This document shows, piece after piece, positions 15,001-30,000 of a DNA stretch of 64,000 nucleotides; the first letter of the stretch is position 1, and each line of letters begins with the position of its first letter. The stretch is from Eledone cirrhosa (Eukaryota). Under the pieces are notes generated by a model. That model searched no databases. It was not told where the DNA came from and saw only the letters and a list, made by a program, of their open reading frames with translations. Location of the stretch: NCBI GenBank assembly GCA_964016885.1, contig OZ024740.1, positions 15,562,001 through 15,626,000 of the forward strand, written 5' to 3'. The translations under genes and the position numbers were made by a program.

Positions 15001-18000
15001 TATATAATACAGTAGTTTTCAGCCCAGGTATGTCTATATAATACAGTAGTTCCCAGCCCAGGTATGTCTATATAATACAGTAGTTCCCAGCCCAGGTATG
15101 TCTATATAATACAGTAGTTCCCAGCCCAGGTATGTCTATATAATACAGCAGTTCCCAGCCCAGGTATGTCTATATTATATAATACAGTAGCTCCCAGCCC
15201 AGGTATGTCTATATAATGCAGTAGTTCCCAGCCCAGGTATGTCTATATTATATAATACAGTAGTTCCCAGCCCAGGTATGTCTATATAATACAGTAGTTC
15301 CCAGCCCAGGTATGTCTATATAATACAGTAGTTCCCAGCCCAGGTATGTCTATATAATACAGTAGTTCCCAGCCCAGGTATTTATATATTATATAATACA
15401 GTAGTTCCCAGCCCAGGTATGTCTATATAATACAGTAGTTCCCAGCCCAGGTATGTCTATATAATACAGTAGTTCCCTGCCCAGGTATGTCTATATAATA
15501 CAGTAGTTCCCAACCCAGGTATGTCTATATTATATAATACAGTAGTTTTCAGCCCAGGTATGTCTATATAATACAGTAGTTCCCAGCCCACAAATGTCTA
15601 TATTATATAATACAGTAGTTCCCAGCCCAGGTATGTCTATATTATACAGTAGTTCCCATCCCAGGTATGTCTATATAATACAGTAGTTCCCAGCCCAGGT
15701 ATGTCTATATTATATAATACAGTAGTTCCCAGCCCAGGTATGTCTATATAATACAGTAGACCCAGCCCAGGTATGTCTATATAATACAGTAGTTCCCAGC
15801 CCAGGTATGTCTATATAATACAGTAGTTCCCAGCCCAGGTATGTCTATATAATACAGTAGTTCCCTGCCCAGGTATGTCTATATAATACAGCAGTTCCCA
15901 GCCCAGGTATGTCTATATTATATAATACAGTAGCTCCCAGCCCAGGTATGTCTATATAATGCAGTAGTTCCCAGCCCAGGTATGTCTATATTATATAATA
16001 CAGGAGTTCCCAGCCCAGGTATGTCTATATTATATAATACAGTAGTTTTCAGCCCAGGTATGTCTATATAATACAGTAGTTCCCTGCCCAGGTATGTCTA
16101 TATAATACAGTAGTTCCCAGCCCAGGTATGTCTATATAATACAGTAGTTCCCAGCCCAGGTATGTCTATATTATATAATACAGTGGTTCCCAGCCCAGGT
16201 ATGTCTATATAATACAGTAGTTCCCAGCCCAGGTATGTCTATATAATATAGTAGTTCCCAGCCCAGGTATGTCTATATAATACAGTAGTTCCCAGCTCAG
16301 GTATGTCTATATAATACAGTAGTTCCCAACCCAGGTATGTCTATATTATATAATACAGTAGTTCCCAGCCCATGTATGTCTATATAATGCAGTAGTTCCT
16401 AGCCCAGGTATGTCTATATAATACAGTAGTTCCCAGCCCAGGTATGTCTATATATTACAGTAGTTCCCAGCCCAGGTATGTCTATATAATACAGTAGTTC
16501 CCAACCCAGGTATTTCTATATTATATAATACAGTAGTTCCCAGCCCATGTATGTCTATATAATGCAGTAGTTCACAGCCCAGGTATGTCTATATAATGCA
16601 GTAGTTCCCAACCCAGGTATGTCTATATAATATAATACAGTAGTTCCTAGCCCAGGTATGTCTACATAATACAGTAGTTCCCAGCCCTGTTATGTCTATA
16701 TAATACAGTAGTTCCCAGCCCAGGTATGTCTATATAATACAGTAATTCCCATCCCAGGTATGTCTATATTATATAATACAGTAGTTCCCAGCCCAGGTAT
16801 GTCTATATATTACAGTAGTTCCCAGCCCAGGTATGTCTATATAATACAGTAGTTCCCAGCCCAGGTAGTTCCCAGCCCAGGTATGTCTATGTAATACAGT
16901 AGTTCCCAGCCCAGGTATGTCTATATACTACAGTAGTTCCCAGCCCAGGTATGTCTATATAATACAGTAGTTCCCAACCCAGGTATGTCTATATAATACA
17001 GTAGTTCCCAGCCCAGGTATGTCTATATAATACAGTAGTTCCCAGCCCAGGTATGTCTATATTATATACTACAGTAGTTCCCAGCCCAGGTATGTCTATA
17101 TAATACAGTAGTTCCCATCCCAGGTATGTCTATATAATACAGTAGTTCCCAGCCCAGGTATGTCTATGTAATACAGTAGTTCCCAGCCCAGGTATGTCTA
17201 TATTATATACTACAGTAGTTCCCAGCCCAGGTATGTCTATATAATACAGTAGTTCCCAGCCCTTGTATGTATATATTATATAATACAGTAGTTCCCAGCC
17301 CAGGTATGTCTATATAATACAGTAGTTCCCAGCCCAGGTATGTCTATATTATATAATACTGTAGTTCCCAACCCAGGTATGTCTATATTATATAATACAG
17401 TAGTTCCCAGCCCAGGTATGTCTATATTATATAATACAGTAGTTCCCAGCCCAGGTATGTCTATATAATACAGTAGTTCCCAGCCCAGGTATGTCTATAT
17501 AATACAGTAGTTCCCAGCCCAGGTATGTCTATATAATACAGTAGTTCCCAGCCCAGGTATGTCTATATAATACAGTAGTTCCCAGCCCAGGTATGTCTAT
17601 ATGATACAGTAGTTCCCAGCCCAGGTATGTCTATATAATACAGTAGTTCCCATCCCAGGTATGTCTGTATTATATAATACAGTAGTTCCCAACCCAGGTA
17701 TGTCTATATAATACAGTAGTTCCCAGCCCAGGTATGTCTATATAATACAGTAGTTCCCAGCCCAGGTATGTCTATATAATACAGTAGTTCCCATCCCAGG
17801 TATGTCTATATAATACAGTAGTTCCCAGCCCAGGTATGTCTATATAATACAGCAGTTCCCATCCCAGGTATGTCTGTATTATATAATACAGTAGTTCCCA
17901 ACCCAGGTATGTCTATATAATACAGTAGTTCCCAGCCCAGGTATGTCTGTATAATACAGTAGTTCCCAGCCCAGGTATGTCTATATAATACAGTAGTTCC

Positions 18001-21000
18001 CATCCCAGGTATGTCTATATAATACAGTAGTTCCCAACCCAGGTATGTCTATATAATACAGTAGTTCCCAGCCCAGGTATGTCTGTATAATACAGTAGTT
18101 CCCAGCCCAGGTATGTCTATATAATACAGTAGTTCCCAGCCCAGGTATGTCTATATTATATACTACAGTAGTTCCCAGCCCAGGTATGTCTATATAATAC
18201 AGTAGTTCCCATCCCAGGTATGTCTATATAATACAGTAGTTCCCAGCCCAGGTATGTCTATGTAATACAGTAGTTCCCAGCCCAGGTATGTCTATATTAT
18301 ATACTACAGTAGTTCCCAGCCCAGGTATGTCTATATAATACAGTAGTTCCCAGCCCTTGTATGTATATATTATATAATACAGTAGTTCCCAGCCCAGGTA
18401 TGTCTATATAATACAGTAGTTCCCAGCCCAGGTATGTCTATATTATATAATACTGTAGTTCCCAACCCAGGTATGTCTATATTATATAATACAGTAGTTC
18501 CCAGCCCAGGTATGTCTATATTATATAATACAGTAGTTCCCAGCCCAGGTATGTCTATATAATACAGTAGTTCCCAGCCCAGGTATGTCTATATAATACA
18601 GTAGTTCCCAGCCCAGGTATGTCTATATAATACAGTAGTTCCCAGCCCAGGTATGTCTATATAATACAGTAGTTCCCAGCCCAGGTATGTCTATATGATA
18701 CAGTAGTTCCCAGCCCAGGTATGTCTATATAATACAGTAGTTCCCCTCCCAGGTATGTCTGTATTATATAATACAGTAGTTCCCAACCCAGGTATGTCTA
18801 TATAATACAGTAGTTCCCAGCCCAGGTATGTCTATATAATACAGTAGTTCCCAGCCCAGGTATGTCTATATAATACAGTAGTTCCCATCCCAGGTATGTC
18901 TATATAATACAGTAGTTCCCAGCCCAGGTATGTCTATATAATACAGCAGTTCCCATCCCAGGTATGTCTGTATTATATAATACAGTAGTTCCCAACCCAG
19001 GTATGTCTATATAATACAGTAGTTCCCAGCCCAGGTATGTCTGTATAATACAGTAGTTCCCAGCCCAGGTATGTCTATATAATACAGTAGTTCCCATCCC
19101 AGGTATGTCTATATAATACAGTAGTTCCCAACCCAGGTATGTCTATATAATACAGTAGTTCCCAGCCCAGGTATGTCTGTATAATACAGTAGTTCCCAGC
19201 CCAGGTATGTCTATATAATACAGTAGTTCCCAACCCAGGTATGTCTATATAATACAGTAGTTCCCAACCCAGGTATGTCTATATAATACAGTAGTTCCCA
19301 GCCCAGGTATGTCTATATAATACACTAGTTCCCAACCCAGGTATGTCTATATAATACAGTAGTTCCCAGCCCAGGTATGTCTATATAATACAGTAGTTCC
19401 CAACCCAAGTATGTCTATATAATACAGTAGTTCCCAGCCCAGGTATGTCTATATAATACAGTAGTTCCCATCCCAGGTATGTCTGTATTATATAATACAG
19501 TAGTTCCCAACCCATGTATGTCTATATAATACAGTAGTTCCCAGCCCAGGTATGTCTGTATAATACAGTAGTTCCCATCCCAGGTATGTCTATATAATAC
19601 AGTAGTTCCCATCCCAGGTATGTCTATATAATGCAGTAGTTCCCAGCCCAGGTATGTCTATATAATACAGTAGTTCCCAACCCAGATATGTCTATATAAT
19701 ACAGTAGTTCCCAGCCCAGGTATGTCTATATTATATAATACAGTAGTTCCCAGCCCAGGTATGTCTATATATTACAGTAGTTCCCAGCCCAGGTATGTCT
19801 ATATAATACAGTAGTTCCCAACCCAGGTATGTCTATATAATACAGTAGTTCCCAGCCCAGGTATGTCTATATAATACAGTAGTTCCCAGCCCAGGTATGT
19901 CTATATAATACAGTAGTTCCCTGCCCAGGTATGTCTATATAATACAGCAGTTCCCAGCCCAGGTATGTCTATATTATATAATACAGTAGCTCCCAGCCCA
20001 GGTATGTCTATATAATGCAGTAGTTCCCAGCCCAGGTATGTCTATATTATATAATACAGGAGTTCCCAGCCCAGGTATGTCTATATTATATAATACAGTA
20101 GTTTTCAGCCCAGGTATGTCTATATAATACAGTAGTTCCCAGCCCAGGTATGTCTATATAATACAGTAGTTCCCAGCCCAGGTATGTCTATATAATACAG
20201 TAGTTCCCAGACCAGGTATGTCTATATAATACAGCAGTTCCCAGCCCAGGTATGTCTATATTATATAATACAGTAGCTCCCAGCCCAGGTATGTCTATAT
20301 AATGCAGTAGTTCCCAGCCCAGGTATGTCTATATTATATAATACAGTAGTTCCCAGCCCAGGTATGTCTATATAATACAGTAGTTCCCAGCCCAGGTATG
20401 TCTATATAATACAGTAGTTCCCTGCCCAGGTATGTCTATATAATACAGTAGTTCCCAGCCCAGGTATGTCTATATAATACAGTAGTTCCCAGCCCAGGTA
20501 TGTCTATATAATACAGTAGTTCCCAGCCCAGGTATGTCTATATAATACAGTAGTTCCCAGCCCAGGTATGTCTATATAATACAGTAGTTCCCAGCCCAGG
20601 TATTTATATATTATATAATACAGTAGTTCCCAGCCCAGGTATGTCTATATAATACAGTAGTTCCCTGCCCAGGTATGTCTATATAATACAGTAGTTCCCA
20701 ACCCAGGTATGTCTATATTATATAATACAGTAGTTTTCAGCCCAGGTATGTCTATATAATACAGTAGTTCCCAGCCCAGGTATGTCTATATTATATAATA
20801 CAGTAGTTCCCAGCCCAGGTATGTCTATATTATACAGTAGTTCCCATCCCAGGTATGTCTATATAATACAGTAGTTCCCAGCCCAGGTATGTCTATATTA
20901 TATAATACAGTAGTTCCCAGCCCAGGTATGTCTATATAATACAGTCGTTCCCAGCCCAGGTATGTCTATATAATACAGTAGTTCCCAGCCCAGGTATGTC

Positions 21001-24000
21001 TATATAATACAGTAGTTCCCAGCCCAGGTATGTCTATATAATACAGTAGTTCCCTGCCCAGGTATGTCTATATAATACAGCAGTTCCCAGCCCAGGTATG
21101 TCTATATTATATAATACAGTAGCTCCCAGCCCAGGTATGTCTATATAATGCAGTAGTTCCCAGCCCAGGTATGTCTATATTATATAATACAGGAGTTCCC
21201 AGCCCAGGTATGTCTATATTATATAATACAGTAGTTTTCAGCCCAGGTATGTCTATATAATACAGTAGTTCCCAGCCCAGGTATGTCTATATAATACAGT
21301 AGTTCCCAGCCCAGGTATGTCTATATAATACAGTAGTTCCCAGCCCAGGTATGTCTATATTATATAATACAGTAGTTCCCAGCCCAGGTATGTCTATATA
21401 ATACAGTAGTTCCCAGCCCAGGTATGTCTATATAATATTGTAGTTCCCAGCCCAGGTATGTCTATATAATACAGTAGTTCCCAGCCCAGGTATGTCTATA
21501 TAATACAGTAGTTCCCAACCCAGGTATGTCTATATTATATAATACAGTAGTTCCCAGCCCATGTATGTCTATATAATGCAGTAGTTCCTAGCCCAGGTAT
21601 GTCTATATAATACAGTAGTTTCCAGCCCAGGTATGTCTATATATTACAGTAGTTCCCAGCCCAGGTATGTCTATATAATACAGTAGTTCCCAACCCAGGT
21701 ATGTCTATATTATATAATACAGTAGTTCCCAGCCCATGTATGTCTATATAATGCAGTAGTTCCCAGCCCAGGTATGTCTATATAATGCAGTAGTTCCCAA
21801 CCCAGGTATGTCTATATAATATAATACAGTAGTTCCTAGCCCAGGTATGTCTACATAATACAGTAGTTCCCAGCCCTGTTATGTCTATATAATACAGTAG
21901 TTCCCAGCCCAGGTATGTCTATATAATACAGTAATTCCCATCCCAGGTATGTCTATATTATATAATACAGTAGTTCCCAGCCCAGGTATGTCTATATATT
22001 ACAGTAGTTCCCAGCCCAGGTATGTCTATATAATACAGTAGTTCCCAGCCCAGGTATGTCTATGTAATACAGTAGTTCCCAGCCCAGGTATGTCTATGTA
22101 ATACAGTAGTTCCCAGCCCAGGTATGTCTATATACTACAGTAGTTCCCAGCCCAGGTATGTCTATATAATACAGTAGTTCCCAACCCAGGTATGTCTATA
22201 TAATACAGTAGTTCCCAGCCCAGGTATGTCTATATAATACAGTAGTTCCCAGCCCAGGTATGTCTATATTATATACTACAGTAGTTCCCAGCCCAGGTAT
22301 GTCTATATAATACAGTAGTTCCCATCCCAGGTATGTCTATATAATACAGTAGTTCCCAGCCCAGGTATGTCTATGTAATACAGTAGTTCCCAGCCCAGGT
22401 ATGTCTATATTATATACTACAGTAGTTCCCAGCCTAGGTATGTCTATATAATACAGTAGTTCCCAGCCCTTGTATGTATATATTATATAATACAGTAGTT
22501 CCCAGCCCAGGTATGTCTATATAATACAGTAGTTCCCAGCCCAGGTATGTCTATATTATATAATACTGTAGTTCCCAACCCAGGTATGTCTATATTATAT
22601 AATACAGTAGTTCCCAGCCCAGGTATGTCTATATTATATAATACAGTAGTTCCCAGCCCAGGTATGTCTATATAATACAGTAGTTCCCAGCCCAGGTATG
22701 TCTATATAATACAGTAGTTCCCAGCCCAGGTATGTCTATATAATACAGTAGTTCCCAGCCCAGGTATGTCTATATAATACAGTAGTTCCCAGCCCAGGTA
22801 TGTCTATATAATACAGTAGTTCCCATCCCAGGTATGTCTGTATTATATAATACAGTAGTTCCCAACCCAGGTATGTCTATATAATACAGTAGTTCCCAGC
22901 CCAGGTATGTCTATATAATACAGTAGTTCCCAGCCCAGGTATGTCTATATAATACAGTAGTTCCCATCCCAGGTATGTCTATATAATACAGTAGTTCCCA
23001 GCCCAGGTATGTCTATATAATACAGCAGTTCCCATCCCAGGTATGTCTGTATTATATAATACAGTAGTTCCCAACCCAGGTATGTCTATATAATACAGTA
23101 GTTCCCAGCCCAGGTATGTCTGTATAATACAGTAGTTCCCAGCCCAGGTATGTCTATATAATACAGTAGTTCCCAACCCAGGTATGTCTATATAATACAG
23201 TAGTTCCCAACCCAGGTATGTCTATATAATACAGTAGTTCCCAGCCCAGGTATGTCTATATAATACAGTAGTTCCCATCCCAGGTATGTCTATATAATAC
23301 AGTAGTTCCCATCCCAGGTATGTCTGTATTATATAATACAGTAGTTCCCAACCCATGTATGTCTATATAATACAGTAGTTCCCAGCCCAGGTATGTCTGT
23401 ATAATACAGTAGTTCCCATCCCAGGTATGTCTATATAATACAGTAGTTCCCATCCCAGGTATGTCTATATAATACAGTAGTTCCCAACCCAGGTATGTCT
23501 ATATAATACAGTAGTTCCCAACCCAGGTATGTCTATATAATACAGTAGTTCCCAGCCCAGGTATGTCTATATTATATAATACAGTAGTTCCCATCCCAGG
23601 TATGTCTATATAATACAGTAGTTCCCATCCCAGGTATGTCTATATAATACAGTAGTTCCCAACCCAGGTATGTATATATAATACAGTAGTTCCCAGCCCA
23701 GGTATGTCTATATAATACAGTAGTTCCCAGCCCAGGTATGTCTATATAATACAGTAGTTCCCAGCCCAGGTATGTCTGTATTATATAATACAGTAGTTCC
23801 CAACCCAGGTATGTCTATATAATACAGTAGTTCCCAGCCCAGGTATGTCTATATAATACAGTAGTTCCCAGCCCAGGTATGTCTATATAATACAGTAGTT
23901 CCCAGCCCACGTATGTCTATATAATACAGTAGTTCCCATCCCAGGTATGTCTGTATTATATAATACAGTAGTTCCCAACCCAGGTATGTCTATATAATAC

Positions 24001-27000
24001 AGTAGTTCCCAACCCAGGTATGTCTATATAATACAGTAGTTCCCAGCCCAGGTATGTCTATATAATACAGTAGTTCCCAGCCCAGGTATGTCTATATAAT
24101 ACAGTAGATCCCAGCCCAGGTATGTCAATATAATACAGTAGTTCCCAGCCCAGGTATGTCTATATAATACAGTAGTTCCCAGCCCAGGTATGTCTATATA
24201 ATACAGTAGTTCCCAGCCCAGGTAAGTCTATATTATATATTACAGTAGTTTTCAGCCCAGGTATGTCTATATAATACAGTAGTTCCCAGCCCAGGTATGT
24301 CTATATAATACAGTAGTTCCCAGCCCAGGTATGTCTACATAATACAGTAGTTCCCAGCCCAGGTAAGTCTATATTATATATTACAGTAGTTTTCAGCCCA
24401 GGTATGTCTATATAATACAGTAGTTCCCAGCCCAGGTATGTCTATATAATACAGTAGTTTTCAGCCCAGGTATGTCTATATAATACAGTAGTTCCCAGCC
24501 CAGGTTGTCTATATAATATAATACAGTAGTTCCCAGCCCAGGTATGTCTATATTATATAATACAGTAGTTCCCAGACCAGGTATGTCTATATTATATAAT
24601 ACAGTAGCTCCCAGCCCAGGTATGTCTATATAATACAGTAGTTCCCAGCCCAGGTATGTCTATATAATACAGTAGTTCCCAGCCCAGGTATGTCTATATT
24701 ATATAATACAGTACTTCCCAGCCCAGGTATGTCTATATAATACAGTAGTTCCCAGCCCAGGTATGTCTATATAATACAGTAGTTTTCAGCCCAGGTATGT
24801 CTATATAATACAGTAGCTCCCAGCCAAGGTATGTCTATATAATACAGTAGTTCCCAGCCCAGGTATGTCTATATAATACAGTAGTTCCCAGCCCAGGTAT
24901 GTCTATATTATATAACACAGTAGTTCCCAGCCCAGGTATGTCTATATAATACAGTAGTTTTCAGCCCAGGTATGTCTATATAATACAGTAGTTCCCAGCC
25001 CAGGTATGTCTATATAATATAATACAGTAGTTCCCAGCCCAGGTATGTCTATATAATATAGTAGTTCCCAGCCCAGGTATGTCTATATAATACAGTAGTT
25101 CCCAGCCCAGGTATGTCTATATAATACAGTAGTTCCCAGCCCAGGTATGTCTATATAATACAGTAGTTCCCAGCCCAGGTATGTCTATATAATACAGTAG
25201 TTCCCAGCCCAGGTATGTCTATATAATACAGTAGTTCCCATCCCAGGTATGTCTGTATTATATAATACAGTAGTTCCCAACCCAGGTATGTCTATATAAT
25301 ACAGTAGTTCCCAGCCCAGGTATGTCTATATAATACAGTAGTTCCCAGCCCAGGTATGTCTATATAATACAGTAGTTCCCAGCCCAGGTATGTCTATATA
25401 ATATAGTAGTTCCCATCCCAGGTATGTCTGTATTATATAATACAGTAGTTCCCAACCCAGGTATGTCTATATTATATATTACAGTAGTTTTCAGCCCAGG
25501 TATGTCTATATAATACAGTAGTTCCCAGCCCAGGTATGTCTATATAATACAGTAGTTCCCAGCCCAGGTATGTCTATATAATACAGTAGTTCCCAGCCCA
25601 GGTATGTCTATATAATACAGTAGTTCCCAGCCCAGGTATGTCTATATTATATAATACAGTAGTTCCCAGCCCAGGTATGTCTATATAATACAGTAGTTCC
25701 CAGCCCAGGTATGTCTATATAATATAGTAGTTCCCAGCCCAGGTATGTCTATATAATACAGTAGTTCCCAGCCCAGGTATGTCTATATAATACAGTAGTT
25801 CCCAGCCCAGGTATGTCTATGTAATACAGTAGTTCCCAGCCCAGGTATGTCTATATAATACAGTAGTTCCCAGCCCAGGTATGTCTATATAATACAGTAG
25901 TTCCCAGCCCAGGTATGTCTATATAATACAGTAGTTGCCAGCCCAGGTATGTCTATATAATACAGTAGTTCCCAGCCCAGGTATGTCTATATTATATAAT
26001 ACAGTAGTTCCCAGCCCAGGTATGTCTATATAATACAGTAGTTCCCATCCCAGGTATGTCTATATAATACAGTAGTTCCCAACCCAGGTATGTCTATATA
26101 ATACAGTAGTTCCCAGCCCAGGTATGTCTATAATACAGTAGTTCCCAGCCCAGGTATGTCTATATATTACAGTAGTTCCCAGCCCAGGTATGTCTATATA
26201 ATACAGTAGTTCCCAACCCAGGTATGTCTATATAATACAGGAGTTCCCAGCCCAGGTATGTCTATATAATACAGTAGTTTCCAGCCCAGGTATGTCTATA
26301 TAATACAGTAGTTCCCAGCCCAGGTATGTCTATATTATATAATACAGTAGTTCCCAGCCCAGGTATGTATATATAATACAGTAGTTCCCAGCCCAGGTAT
26401 GTCTATATAATACAGTAGTTCCCAGCCCAGGTATGTCTATATAATACAGTAGTTCCCTGCCCAGGTATGTCTATATAATACAGTAGTTCCCAGCCCAGGT
26501 ATGTCTATATAATACAGTAGTTCCCAGCCCAGGTATGTCTATATAATACAGTAGTTCCCAGCCCAGGTATGTCTATATAATACAGTAGTTCCCAGCCCAG
26601 GTATGTCTATATAATACAGTAGTTCCCAGCCCAGGTATGTCTATATAATACAGTAGTTCCCAGCCCAGGTATGTCTATATAATACAGTAGTTCCCAGCCC
26701 AGGTATTTATATATTATATAATACAGTAGTTCGCAGCCCAGGTATGTCTATATAATACAGTAGTTCCCAGCCCAGGTATGTCTATATAATACAGTAGTTC
26801 CCTGCCCAGGTATGTCTATATAATACAGTAGTTCCCAGCCCAGGTCTGTCTATATTATATAATACAGTAGTTCCCAGCCCAGGTATGTCTATATTATATA
26901 ATACAGTAGTTCCCAGCCCAGGTATGTCTATATTATACAGTAGTTCCCATCCCAGGTATGTCTATATAATACAGTAGTTCCCAGCCCAGGTATGTCTATA

Positions 27001-30000
27001 TTATATAATACAGTAGTTCCCAGCCCAGGTATGTCTATATAATACAGTAGTTCCCATCCCAGGTATGTCTATATAATACAGTAGTTCCCATCCCAGGTAT
27101 GTCTATATAATACAGTAGTTCCCATCCAAGGTATGTCTATATAATACAGTAGTTCCCAGCCCAGGTATGTCTATATTATATAATACAGTAGTTCCCAGCC
27201 CAGGTATGTCTATATAATACAGTAGTTCCCAGCCCAGGTATGTCTATATAATACAGTAGTTCCCATCCCAGGTATGTCTATATATTACAGTAGTTCCCAA
27301 CCCAGGTATGTCTATATAATACAGTAGTTCCCAGCCCAGGTATGTCTATATAATACAGTAGTTCACAACCCAGGTATGTCTATATAATACACTAGTTCCC
27401 AACCCAGGTATGTTTATATAATACAGTAGTTCCCATCCCAGGTATGTCTATATAATACAGTAGTTCCCATCCCAGGTATGTCTATATTATATAATGCAGT
27501 AGTTCCCAGCCCAGGTATGTCTATATTATATAATGCAGTAGTTCCCAGCCCAGGTATGTCTATATTATATAATACGGTAGTTCCCAGTCCAGGTATGTCT
27601 ATATAATACAGTAGTTCCCAGTCCAGGTATGTCTATATAATACAGTAGTTCCCAGTCCAGGTATGTCTATATAATACAGTAGTTCCCAGCCCAGGTATGT
27701 CTATATAATACAGTAGTTCCCAGCCCAGGAATGTCTATATAATACAGTAGTTCCCAGTCCAGGTATGTCTATATAATACAGTAGTTCCCAGTCCAGGTAT
27801 GTCTATATAATACAGTAGTTCCCAGCCCAGGAATGTCTATATAATACAGTAGTTCCCAGTCCAGGTATGTCTATATAATACAGTAGTTCCCAGTCCAGGT
27901 ATGTCTATATAATACAGTAGTTCCCAGCCCAGGAATGTCTATATAATACAGTAGTTCCCAGTCCAGGTATGTCTATATAATACAGTAGTTCCCAGTCCAG
28001 GTATGTCTATATAATACAGTAGTTCCCAGCCCAGGAATGTCTATATAATACAGTAGTTCCCAGTCCAGGTATGTCTATATAATACAGTAGTTCCCAGCCC
28101 AGGTATGTCTATATAATACAGTAGTTCCCATCCCAGGTATGTCTATATAATACAGTAGTTCCCATCCCAGGTATGTCTATATTATATAATGCAGTAGTTC
28201 CCAGCCCAGGTATGTCTATATTATATAATGCAGTAGTTCCCAGCCCAGGTATGTCTATATAATACAGTAGTTCCCATCCCAGGTATGTCTATATTATATA
28301 ATACGGTAGTTCCCAGTCCAGGTATGTCTATATAATACAGTAGTTCCCAGCCCAGGTATGTCTATATAATACAGTAGTTCCCAACCCAGGTATGTCTATA
28401 TAATACAGTAGTTCCCAGCCCAGGTATGTCTATATAATACAGTAGTTCCCAGCCCAGGTATGTCTATATAATACAGTAGTTCCCTGCCCAGGTATGTCTA
28501 TATAATACAGGAGTTCCCAGCCCAGGTATGTCTATATTATATAATACAGTAGTTTTCAGCCCAGGTATGTCTATATAATACAGTAGTTCCCTGCCCAGGT
28601 ATGTCTATATAATACAGTAGTTCCCAGCCCAGGTATGTCTATATAATACAGTAGTTCCCAGCCCAGGTATGTCTATATAATACAGTAGTTCCCAGCCCAG
28701 GTATGTCTATATAATACAGTAGTTCCCAGCCCAGGTATGTCTATATAATACAGTAGTTCCCTGCCCAGGTATGTCTATATAATACAGCAGTTCCCAGCCC
28801 AGGTATGTCTATATTATATAATACAGTAGCTCCCAGCCCAGGTATGTCTATATAATACAGTAGTTCCCAGCCCAGGTATGTCTATATAATACAGTAGTTC
28901 CCTGCCCAGGTATGTCTATATAATACAGTAGTTCCCAGCCCAGGTCTGTCTATATTATATAATACAGTAGTTTTCAGCCCAGGTATGTCTATATAATACA
29001 GTAGTTCCCAGCCCAGGTATGTCTATATTATATAATACAGTAGTTCCCAGCCCAGGTATGTCTATATTATACAGTAGTTCCCATCCCAGGTATGTCTATA
29101 TAATACAGTAGTTCCCAGCCCAGGTATGTCTATATTATATAATACAGTAGTTCCCAGCCCAGGTATGTCTATATAATACAGTAGTTCCCAGCCCAGGTAT
29201 GTCTATATAATACAGTAGTTCCCATCCCAGGTATGTCTATATAATACAGTAGTTCCCATCCAAGGTATGTCTATATAATACAGTAGTTCCCAGCCCAGGT
29301 ATGTCTATATTATATAATACAGTAGTTCCCAGCCGAGGTATGTCTATATAATACAGTAGTTCCCAGCCCAGGTATGTCTATATAATACAGTAGTTCCCAG
29401 CCCAGGTATGTCTATATAATACAGTAGTTCCCATCCCAGGTATGTCTATATATTACAGTAGTTCCCAACCCAGGTATGTCTATATAATACAGTAGTTCCC
29501 AGCCCAGGTATGTCTATATAATACAGTAGTTCCCAACCCAGGTATGTCTATATAATACACTAGTTCCCAACCCAGGTATGTTTATATAATACAGTAGTTC
29601 CCATCCCAGGTATGTCTATATAATACAGTAGTTCCCATCCCAGGTATGTCTATATTATATAATGCAGTAGTTCCCAGCCCAGGTATGTCTATATTATATA
29701 ATGCAGTAGTTCCCAGCCCAGGTATGTCTATATAATACAGTAGTTCCCAGTCCAGGTATGTCTATATAATACAGTAGTTCCCAGTCCAGGTATGTCTATA
29801 TAATACAGTAGTTCCCAGCCCAGGTATGTCTATATAATACAGTAGTTCCCAGCCCAGGAATGTCTATATAATACAGTAGTTCCCAGTCCAGGTATGTCTA
29901 TATAATACAGTAGTTCCCAGTCCAGGTATGTCTATATAATACAGTAGTTCCCAGCCCAGGAATGTCTATATAATACAGTAGTTCCCAGTCCAGGTATGTC

